Virus record (IMG/VR): IMGVR_UViG_3300037875_000252 | Location: 2,670 to 66,669 of that record | Reading direction: 5' to 3' (one strand) | Length of the DNA: 64,000 nucleotides | Source: a virus | Part shown: positions 56,362-64,000 of the stretch, piece by piece | Layout of the letters: every line of letters starts with the position of its first letter | How positions within the stretch are numbered: position 1 is the first letter of the stretch | Notes under the pieces: model-generated | Seen by the model: only the letters and a program-made list of their open reading frames with translations | Database searches by the model: none | Told to the model about the DNA's origin: nothing | Position numbers and translations under genes: made by a program

Positions 56362-57165
56362 TTGGCTAAAAGAACAATATATAAGGTAAATTCAAGTAGA
56401 GCAAAAGAAACAAAGCAAAGGTTGCAGGAGGAAGCACAAAGGAATCTATTACCCATGTGGAAGATACCAGAAGGTAATAGTAAGATTAGAATACTTCCAC
56501 CTTGGAGTGAAGCTGGTGATATAGCTTTTGAGTGTAGGTCACATTGGAATATACCACCTAATGATAGAATGGTTAATTGTCTTACTGTTATTAATAAAGA
56601 ATGTCCTTTGTGTGAGCTTACTAAAGAGTTGAGAGGTCGTGGTAAAGATGCTTTAGCTAGTAAGTTTAGTGCTAAGAAGAGTATTTATTACAATATTATT
56701 GTAAGAGGTGAAGAAGAAAAAGGTGTGCAGATAATGCGTTCTGGTATTCAACTTTATGAAAACATTCTTAGTTATTTGTACGATGAAGATTACGGTGATA
56801 TTACAGATGTTGATGAAGGTAGAGATGTAACTATTGAAAGAACTGGTCAGAAACTAGATACAAGTTATGTTGTAAAGGTATCACCTAATAATTCTACACT
56901 GTCTGATGATCCTAAACAGTCTGATGCTTGGATAGATGGTATGTTTGAACTAGATGGTATTATGGATTTCAAAGATGCTTTTGAATTGAAAGATGTCGTT
57001 AATAATATTACAGGTGAAAAAACTAATGAAGTTCCTAATGAAGTTCCTACACTAATTGATACATCTGCTAAAGAGGTAGATAATGTTGAAGAAAATAAAG
57101 AAGTTGATGTTAGTGCCGAAGATAGAAAAGCAAAATTGTTAAAAGAATTAGAATCACTTGTTTAA
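56362..57165 (+). CDS. Single-stranded DNA-binding protein (gp32-like)
   Basis: IRILPP, HW, CPLCE, YYNIIVR, DITD.DEGRD, T.Y.V, acidic tail. Confidence 0.8.
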   Translation: MAKRTIYKVNSSRAKETKQRLQEEAQRNLLPMWKIPEGNSKIRILPPWSEAGDIAFECRSHWNIPPNDRMVNCLTVINKECPLCELTKELRGRGKDALASKFSAKKSIYYNIIVRGEEEKGVQIMRSGIQLYENILSYLYDEDYGDITDVDEGRDVTIERTGQKLDTSYVVKVSPNNSTLSDDPKQSDAWIDGMFELDGIMDFKDAFELKDVVNNITGEKTNEVPNEVPTLIDTSAKEVDNVEENKEVDVSAEDRKAKLLKELESLV

Positions 57166-57174
57166 GGGGTTACA

Positions 57175-59247
57175 ATGAACCAAGATAAAATATATGAAGA
57201 TTTATTAGATACATTTGGAAAATCTGGTTCTATGTTAAAAGAGAAACCACTACCAGAACATAAATTAGGATTTCTTAGTACTGGTAGTGGTGCTCTTGAC
57301 TATTCTTTAGGTGGTGGAATTCCTTATGGTAGATTAACAGAGATATTCGGGTGGCAAAGTACCGGAAAAGCACTACCAAATGATACACCAGTTATGACAC
57401 CTGACGGATGGTCAAAAATATCAGATTTAAAGATAGGTGATTATGTATTTTCAAAAGATGGTAGTAAAACTAAGGTGACAGGTGTATTTAATAGAGGTAA
57501 AAGAAAGTGCTATAATTTTATATTTGATGATGGTTCTGAAATTGAATCATGTGAAGATCATTTGTGGTATGTAAAAGGTAGAAGAGAAAGATTAAAAGAG
57601 AAGTTAGGTACAGGTAAAGTTTCTAAAAAATATGGAACTTATAAAGTTATGTCTACTAATGATATAATTGATTATGGTGGTTTAATACCAAAAGAGAAAT
57701 ATCGTGTAGAAATACCACTAGTAGAACCTATTAAATTTAATAAACAAAAAGTTAGTATTGATCCTTATTTATTGGGATTGTTAATAGGTGGTGGTCATTT
57801 AGCTGATTACAAAAAGAAAGATAGTACAGGTAATCAGTGCGTTGTAAAACTAACAACTGCTGACGTAGAAATACCTAAGTTTCTTGGTAGTATATGTAGA
57901 AAGGATGCTTGTGGTAAGTACTCATATACTATTTCAGGTATGTGTGATAAACTTAGAAATGTTGGTTTGCTAGGTAAGAAATCATATGAAAAATTTGTTC
58001 CTAGAGAATACTTATTTAATAATATTAATGTTAGGTTAGAAATTCTTAGAGGATTAATGGATTCTGATGGTCATTGTTCTGTTAGTGGTTTTATGGAATA
58101 TAGTACAACATCAAAGCAATTGTCAGAAAATGTAAAATTTATTGTTTTGTCTCTTGGTGGTAAGTGTAAAGTAACAAGTAGATACACTTTCTATACGCAT
58201 AAAGGAGTTAAGAAACGTGGTAGATTAAGTTATCGTGTTATAATTAATTTCAATAATCTAGTACCATTCAGGTTAAAAAGAAAAGTTGACAGATATAAAT
58301 TTTATAAAAGAGGTTCTAATGGTAGAAGGTTACAAAAAATTGTATCTATTAAGAACAAGAAAGAAGTAACTTGTATATCAGTAGCACATAAAAGTAAACT
58401 TTTTGTTACTAAAGATTTTATAGTAACACATAATAGTATATTTGCTGCAAATTTATTAGCATCTTGTCAGAAGAATGGTGGCGTTGGTATAATGCTAGAT
58501 ACTGAGAATTCTATGTTATCTGGTTGGTCTAAGAAATTAGGTATAGATGATTCTAAATTGTTAATACTTGATTCTGATTATCTTGAAGATGCTTTTGATA
58601 AAATAGAATTAGCTTGTGAATTTGCTAAAAGGAATAAAGTACCTGCTTGTTTAGTTGTAGACTCATTATCAGTATTAGGATGTAAGAAACAATTTGAAGC
58701 TGGAAAAACAGAAGATACAAAAGCATTAGCGTCAGAAGCAAGGATTGTCTCTACTGCATTAAGAAAAATTAATAAGTTAATATGGAATAGTAAAGTAGCA
58801 TTGATATTAGTATCTCAAGTAAGAGAAAAAATAGGTATTGTATTTGGTAATCCTGAAACAACACCACATGGTAATGCTGTAAAGTTTTATTCTTCTGTTA
58901 GATTAAAGACAGCTAATACAGGCTTTATACATCCAGAAAATAAGAAATCTGAAGATCCTATTGGTATGAGTTGTAGAGTATCAATAGTAAAGAATAAGAT
59001 GGATAGACCACGTAGTCCTGTAGAAGTAGAAATATCTTATTCACATGGTATTGATAAAGTTATGGATACTATAACTTTAGGTATTAAACTTGATAGTATA
59101 GTGTTTCATAAGGGTGGTTTTTTCGAGTACAAAGGTCAAAAGTTAAGAATTAAACAGTTTAAAGAATATTTTAACAAAGAGTTAGAAGACGGTTCTATGT
59201 TAAAAGATATAACAAAACCTAAAGTTGTAGAAGAAGAAAAGAAGTAG
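57175..59247 (+). CDS. recA: RecA recombinase with intein
   Basis: STGS..LD..LGGGIPYGRLTEIFG..STGK/S, DTEN, VVDSL, SQVR, GNA.KFYSSVRL, VKNK. Confidence 0.92.
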   Translation: MNQDKIYEDLLDTFGKSGSMLKEKPLPEHKLGFLSTGSGALDYSLGGGIPYGRLTEIFGWQSTGKALPNDTPVMTPDGWSKISDLKIGDYVFSKDGSKTKVTGVFNRGKRKCYNFIFDDGSEIESCEDHLWYVKGRRERLKEKLGTGKVSKKYGTYKVMSTNDIIDYGGLIPKEKYRVEIPLVEPIKFNKQKVSIDPYLLGLLIGGGHLADYKKKDSTGNQCVVKLTTADVEIPKFLGSICRKDACGKYSYTISGMCDKLRNVGLLGKKSYEKFVPREYLFNNINVRLEILRGLMDSDGHCSVSGFMEYSTTSKQLSENVKFIVLSLGGKCKVTSRYTFYTHKGVKKRGRLSYRVIINFNNLVPFRLKRKVDRYKFYKRGSNGRRLQKIVSIKNKKEVTCISVAHKSKLFVTKDFIVTHNSIFAANLLASCQKNGGVGIMLDTENSMLSGWSKKLGIDDSKLLILDSDYLEDAFDKIELACEFAKRNKVPACLVVDSLSVLGCKKQFEAGKTEDTKALASEARIVSTALRKINKLIWNSKVALILVSQVREKIGIVFGNPETTPHGNAVKFYSSVRLKTANTGFIHPENKKSEDPIGMSCRVSIVKNKMDRPRSPVEVEISYSHGIDKVMDTITLGIKLDSIVFHKGGFFEYKGQKLRIKQFKEYFNKELEDGSMLKDITKPKVVEEEKK
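57370..58434 (+). mobile_element. Class 3 (Ala1, WCT) intein with LAGLIDADG domain, 355 aa
   Basis: ALPNDTP..DHLW..LLGLLIGGG..LRGLMDSDG..VTCISV..VTHN/S. Confidence 0.85.
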
Positions 59248-59303
59248 ATTAGTATTCTTCATGGTTGTGCTTGTTAGATAATCGGGTCTAACAATTCCTC
59301 CTT

Positions 59304-59345
59304 ACCCTGCAATGGTAAATAAAATTATCATTGTGGGGTTTTTTT
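59304..59345 (+). terminator. Rho-independent terminator related to the one at 55521
   Basis: accctgcaatggtaa..ttatcattgtggggt followed by T-run. Confidence 0.75.
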
Positions 59346-59445
59346 ATGCACTTTTCTAATTCTAAAAGATGTAATTAGATAATGTATATTGACAACATAT
59401 TGAAAATATAGTATTATTAATAAAATAAATAAAAATGGAGGTTAT

Positions 59446-59955
59446 ATTATCGCTAGGCCTAAAGATACTGAAAGAAGAAAAGAAGCATTTAAATTATATA
59501 GAGGTAGGAATACTTTATCTAGTATAGCTGAAGAACTTGGTGTTACACAACCAACTCTTTCTAAATGGAAAGTTGAAGATGGTTGGGATGATAAAATAGA
59601 AAAGCTACAAGGTATGCTTAAAGCTAGATTAAGTATAAAAGAACAATCAAACAATACAATAATATTAGAAGAAGATGAAAAACAATTAGGTATATTAACT
59701 AGTCTAGAAGATATGATTCTAGAGAAGATATGTTCTGAAGAAATAGAACCTACATCTTGGAGTGATGTTGTTAGTACTATTAGATTAGTTAATGAACAAA
59801 GGAGATTGATACTTGGTAAACCTACAGTTAAAACAGAAACAACAATAAGTGTAGATTTAAAGGGGTTGGATGATGGAGAACTTGACACAAAACTCAAGGA
59901 AACTCAAAGAGCACTTACTCTCATTGAACTTGGAGAAGATAAGACAACGAGCTAG
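59446..59955 (+). CDS. Terminase small subunit (HTH), non-ATG start
   Basis: GGAGG RBS then ATT/ATC; AFKLY..LSSIAEELGVTQPTLSKWK.EDGW HTH in frame with the 59614 ORF. Confidence 0.7.
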   Translation: MIARPKDTERRKEAFKLYRGRNTLSSIAEELGVTQPTLSKWKVEDGWDDKIEKLQGMLKARLSIKEQSNNTIILEEDEKQLGILTSLEDMILEKICSEEIEPTSWSDVVSTIRLVNEQRRLILGKPTVKTETTISVDLKGLDDGELDTKLKETQRALTLIELGEDKTTS

Positions 59956-61357
59956 GAGAGATCCTTTTGCTTTTTCTCAGTATATGGCAACTGATTTTGA
60001 ATGTCCTCTGTCTAATATGCATCAAGAGTGGCATAGTCATATAACTGATAACATATATACTGTTATTACTTCTCCTAAAGATCATCGTAAAACAACTACA
60101 ATAAGTGTAGAGAGATGTTTATGGGAGTTAGGAAACAATCCAGATATACGAATTAAGATTATAAGTCATTCTGATGACTTATCTTGCAAGATATTACAGG
60201 AAATAAAAGGTCATATATCAAAAGAGGGTGGTAAGTTTCATGATATATTTCCAGACATAACAGATGAAGGCGCACCTCTTTGGTCTGCATCTAAAGTTAG
60301 ATTAGCTGGTACTCATGTTAGAAAGGATTCATCTATAGAAGCTTGTGGAGTATTAGCTTCTGCTACTGGAGGTAAAGCTGATTTAGTTTTATTTGATGAT
60401 GTTGTTTCTTTTAAGAATGCTATTCTTAACCCTAGTATGAGACAACAAGTTATAGATGCATTCTTTGGTAACTGGATGGATATTAAATCTGGTCCAAAAG
60501 CTAGAATTATATATGTTGCAACACCTTGGCACAAAGATGATTTAACTGCAAAGTTATTAAAGACACCAAAGTTTCAATCTTATAAGTATTTTATAGATGA
60601 GGACTTTACACCAGTTTGGGAAGAACGGTGGCCTAAGGAAGCACTTATAGAAGAATTTAAATTTAGAGGTGCAATATACTTTAATCCAGCCTTTCGTGGA
60701 TTAATGATGTCTGATTTTGATAAAGTATTTAATAAGGATAATATTAAAGCTTGTTGTGTTTCAAGACAAGATATGCCTTATATAGATAATCTAGAAAAAT
60801 TTATAGGTGTTGATTTAGCAATAGGTCAAGGTAAATCCTCTAAGTATACTGTACTATTTGGTTTAGCTTTTGATGAAGAGAAGAAAATTAGATATCCTAT
60901 TGAAATACGTAGAGGTAAGTTTTCTTCACCTGATACTGCAAGAGAATTAATAGATATGTATAATGAGGTAGCACCTGTAGCTGCTGTAGTTGAGAATAAC
61001 TTTTATCAACAAGCTATAATAGATTGGTTAGATGATCTACAAGGTGTAGAAATGAACATAGAACCTTTTACTACAGGCTCTCAACAGAAGAAAAGTTTAG
61101 ATTTTGGTGTTCCTGCTATGGCAACTGATTTTCAAAATGGTAGGTGGGTTATACCAATGGAAGAAGATGAGTATGATTGGGAATTAGAAAAAGGATGTGG
61201 TTGTAATATTTGTCATTGGATAACAGAACTTCTACAATATCCTTATGGAACATATAGTGATGCTGTAATGGCTTGTTATTTAGCTGTTCAAGGAAGTAAA
61301 AAATATTCTAATGAAGGAGTTGGTAAAGGTGGATTTGCTAGTTGGCAGATGGGATAA
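59870..61357 (+). CDS. Terminase large subunit
   Basis: PKDHRKTT, ATGGKADL..FDD, ATPWH.DD, IGVDLA, ENN.YQ, YSDAVMA. Confidence 0.9.
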   Translation: MMENLTQNSRKLKEHLLSLNLEKIRQRARRDPFAFSQYMATDFECPLSNMHQEWHSHITDNIYTVITSPKDHRKTTTISVERCLWELGNNPDIRIKIISHSDDLSCKILQEIKGHISKEGGKFHDIFPDITDEGAPLWSASKVRLAGTHVRKDSSIEACGVLASATGGKADLVLFDDVVSFKNAILNPSMRQQVIDAFFGNWMDIKSGPKARIIYVATPWHKDDLTAKLLKTPKFQSYKYFIDEDFTPVWEERWPKEALIEEFKFRGAIYFNPAFRGLMMSDFDKVFNKDNIKACCVSRQDMPYIDNLEKFIGVDLAIGQGKSSKYTVLFGLAFDEEKKIRYPIEIRRGKFSSPDTARELIDMYNEVAPVAAVVENNFYQQAIIDWLDDLQGVEMNIEPFTTGSQQKKSLDFGVPAMATDFQNGRWVIPMEEDEYDWELEKGCGCNICHWITELLQYPYGTYSDAVMACYLAVQGSKKYSNEGVGKGGFASWQMG

Positions 61358-61360
61358 TAT

Positions 61361-62824
61361 ATGAGTGAAAAAAATGGTAATGGGTTTCGTGTTTTAGATC
61401 ATGATGGTTCAGAGATATCAATGGACTTTTCAAAAGCATTAAATCTAGTTGGAACTTATTCTGCAAAAGTTGTTGGTGATAAAACTATTCAATTAAGTTC
61501 CGATTTAAAAGATGGTGACGGATTCAGTATTAATCGTGGTTGGAGAGATGACCACAATACAAATTCTCAGGCTTGGTCGTATTCTTCTCAGAATATGGAG
61601 AGAGATTCTCTTTTATCTTTTGATACATTAAGAGAGATTTATAGAAGAAGTTCTCATGTTAGACCAGCAATAGATTCAATAGTTAAAGAAGTAGCACATT
61701 TACCTATAAGGGTAGATGGTAAAAAGAGTAGTGTTAAAGCTGTAGAAGAATTTATAAATAGACCTAATATATCAAAAGAGACATGGCCTAGTATTATACA
61801 GAAATTTCTTACTGATTTGTTAGTATTAGATCAAGCTGTTATTGAAAAAGTAAGAAGTATAAATGGTAATATTGTAGAAATATATGCTCGTGATGCTACA
61901 CAGTTTAGACCAGTTCTTGACTCTTCACGTTCATACATAACATATTTTAAACAGATACTAACTGACAGAGCAGGTAAGGAAAGATTAGTAATACCTCATA
62001 GTGTTGATGATATTATATGGACAATACAATTTCCAAGAACTTATTCATCTTATGGTACACCTATAATAGAAACAATTACAAATGAAGTATCTGCTTTAAT
62101 GTATTCATCTCAGTCTATAGCTAAACATTTTATAGATGATGAAATACCACCTGGAGTTTTATATCTAGAGCAGATTGGTAAAAAGGCTTATGAAAGAGCT
62201 AAAGCACAGTTTGAAGCAAGTAGGGGTGAGGGTGGAAAAAGACAATTAAAAGTATTAGACAATGTTGGTAATGCTGGATGGATAGATTTCACAAGGCCTT
62301 TTAGGGAAATGCAGTTAGCAGAATTAACACTTATTATTCAGGAAACAGTTAATAGAAATTTTGGAGTATCTTCTGTAGATTTAGGTAATGCTGATGGACT
62401 AACAAGATCAACAACTGATGCATTATCAAAGAATACAAAATCAAAATTATTTAGACCTTTAGTTAATCTTATAACATTAAAATTAAACAATGAACTAATA
62501 AGAGAAATTGCACCAGATGCTTCTTTAAGATTTGTGATAGATCCTGTTGTTGATGCTAGTACTGGTAAGGAATTAAGTGATGCTGGAATTATAACAAAGA
62601 ATGAAGCAAGAAAAGTTCTTAACTTTGATCCAGTTCCTGGTGGGGATAGGTTAGCCGTGAGAATTGGTAATCAATATCTTGTATTAGATGACATGGGTAT
62701 GCCTAATGGCATGTCAGATACAAATACATCAGATGCCAGTTCTACAGTTGATAAAGATAAGAACTCAGTAGATGAACAAACTATTGAAGATGCAGAAACT
62801 AAGAAGAAAAAGAAAGTTGTATAG
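61361..62824 (+). CDS. Portal protein
   Basis: Follows TerL; RPN..ETW, YG.PI, PPG.L, IT.NEAR..L..DPVPGGD. Confidence 0.88.
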   Translation: MSEKNGNGFRVLDHDGSEISMDFSKALNLVGTYSAKVVGDKTIQLSSDLKDGDGFSINRGWRDDHNTNSQAWSYSSQNMERDSLLSFDTLREIYRRSSHVRPAIDSIVKEVAHLPIRVDGKKSSVKAVEEFINRPNISKETWPSIIQKFLTDLLVLDQAVIEKVRSINGNIVEIYARDATQFRPVLDSSRSYITYFKQILTDRAGKERLVIPHSVDDIIWTIQFPRTYSSYGTPIIETITNEVSALMYSSQSIAKHFIDDEIPPGVLYLEQIGKKAYERAKAQFEASRGEGGKRQLKVLDNVGNAGWIDFTRPFREMQLAELTLIIQETVNRNFGVSSVDLGNADGLTRSTTDALSKNTKSKLFRPLVNLITLKLNNELIREIAPDASLRFVIDPVVDASTGKELSDAGIITKNEARKVLNFDPVPGGDRLAVRIGNQYLVLDDMGMPNGMSDTNTSDASSTVDKDKNSVDEQTIEDAETKKKKKVV

Positions 62825-62837
62825 AAGTAATAAAAAT

Positions 62838-62888
62838 TAAGGGCTAGAGTAGATCGCTCGAAAGCTACATTCCTAGTAGTCGCCCTTA
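62838..62888 (+). other. GC-rich structured leader upstream of HNH gene
   Basis: taagggc..gctcgaaagc..ctac-attccta-gtag..gccctta. Confidence 0.5.
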
Positions 62889-62923
62889 TACATTTTCATA
62901 GGAAATTATTCAAGGAGAATAAT

Positions 62924-63484
62924 ATGAACAAAGAAGATAGAGTAAAAGAATTAATTGCTTGTTGTCGTATGAAAGATGGTAGAAGATTTTGTAGTTTTTC
63001 AATAATACATGATGGAGTAAAGTATTATGCTTCTGTTATGTTAGCTAAATCTATTTGGAATCTTTATAATCCAGATAATAAAGTAGTTTACGGTGATGGT
63101 TGCGTTATACATCATATAGATGGTAATAAATTAAATGATAATATTAGTAATTTAATAAAATTAACTAGAAAAGAACATGGAATTTGGCATAGTACTGGTA
63201 AAAGAAATGCTATGTATGGTAAAGAAATAACAAATGAGCATAGGAAGAATTTATCTTTATCACGTACAGGAGAAAAGAACCATATGTATGGAAAATTTGG
63301 TAAAGATGCTCCTAACTATGGATTAAAAAGATCTAAAGAAACAAAAAATAAAATATCTAAAGCTGTGAGTGGTGAAAGCAATTATAATTATGGTAGAAAA
63401 TGGTCAAATGAAAGAAAAGATAGACATTCTATTATGCTAAAAGAATCGTGGAAAAAAAGAAAATTACAAATTGTTAAAAATTGA
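62924..63484 (+). CDS. HNH homing endonuclease with NUMOD3 repeats
   Basis: IHHIDGNKLND.ISNL..EH; GK.N.MYGK, KRS.ETK.KIS. Confidence 0.85.
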   Translation: MNKEDRVKELIACCRMKDGRRFCSFSIIHDGVKYYASVMLAKSIWNLYNPDNKVVYGDGCVIHHIDGNKLNDNISNLIKLTRKEHGIWHSTGKRNAMYGKEITNEHRKNLSLSRTGEKNHMYGKFGKDAPNYGLKRSKETKNKISKAVSGESNYNYGRKWSNERKDRHSIMLKESWKKRKLQIVKN

Positions 63485-64000
63485 TTCTTATTATTTAAAA
63501 CAGAAACAATCCTTACCATTACAAGCTAAGATTATGTTTTCTGAAAGACGTATTGAAGAATTTTATAGGCATTATAATGGAAAAGTATATGTATCATTTT
63601 CAGGTGGTAAAGATTCTACTGTTCTTTTAGATATAATTAGAAAGAAATATCCTAATACTAAAGCTATGTTTTTAAATACTGGCTTAGAGTATCCAGAGAT
63701 TATTAAATTTGTAAAAAGTGTAGATAATGTAGTTTGGGTAAAACCTAAAATGAATTTTAAAGAAGTATTAAATCATTATGGTTATCCTATTGTATCTAAA
63801 GAAGTTAGTCAAAAATTATTTGAAGTTATAAATACAAAATCTGATAAGTTAAGAAACAAAAGATTATATGGTGATAAAAATAAGTCAGGTAAAATACCAG
63901 AAAAATGGAAGTATTTAATAAATTCTAATTTTAAAATAAGTTATAAGTGTTGTGATGCATTAAAAAAATGGCCTTCACGTAAGTTTGAAAAAGAGTATGG
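63471..64000 (+). CDS. PAPS reductase-family (PP-loop) protein, 3'-truncated (not in ORF track)
   Basis: QSLPLQAKI..VYVSFSGGKDSTVL..NTGLEYPE..YGYPIVSKE..KCC..LKK. Confidence 0.85.
   Translation, partial: MLKIDSYYLKQKQSLPLQAKIMFSERRIEEFYRHYNGKVYVSFSGGKDSTVLLDIIRKKYPNTKAMFLNTGLEYPEIIKFVKSVDNVVWVKPKMNFKEVLNHYGYPIVSKEVSQKLFEVINTKSDKLRNKRLYGDKNKSGKIPEKWKYLINSNFKISYKCCDALKKWPSRKFEKEY

Noticed and set aside
4314-59897. Short ORFs antisense to or nested in long genes (e.g. 4314, 6165, 8158, 14014, 28018, 41248, 53741, 59442)
   Set aside because: They lie opposite or inside well-supported genes and lack recognisable motifs; treated as shadow ORFs.
62838-63484. Group I intron around the HNH gene
   Set aside because: The portal ends normally and the downstream gene has its own N-terminus; I could not identify intron core elements.
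1-64000. Alternative genetic code (stop-codon reassignment)
   Set aside because: Long core genes are intact under code 11, and TAA, TAG and TGA all end genes at expected positions.

Overview
AT-rich segment of a large tailed-phage genome (standard genetic code, genes mostly on the + strand). It carries class II ribonucleotide reductase, a Mre11-Rad50 (SbcD-SbcC) fusion, an SF2 helicase with an HNH-type intein, DnaB, primase, ATP-dependent ligase, a UDG-PolA fusion, UvsY-like and gp32-like proteins, RecA with an Ala-initiated (class 3) intein, small and large terminase, portal, a tRNA-Gln, a MoxR/vWA pair and a TerD-like/nicotinamidase/vWA/PP2C/kinase cluster. The standout feature is a dispersed family of about 38 short ORFs (manual count; 3 are disrupted and about 10 are missing from the ORF track). 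They share a C-terminal [IVL]-P-x-H-I-P-x-x-Q-x-x-x-Y motif, usually after two CxxC pairs, and sit in gene junctions, often with overlapping start/stop codons, beside most replication genes. Other observations: a sigma-54 promoter with phased upstream palindromes and an IHF-like site, two homing-endonuclease insertions that duplicate a terminus of the target gene, a +1 frameshift directly after the SPPY motif of a DNA methyltransferase, and several intergenic RNA-like structures. All calls come from manual motif reading; no database searches were run.
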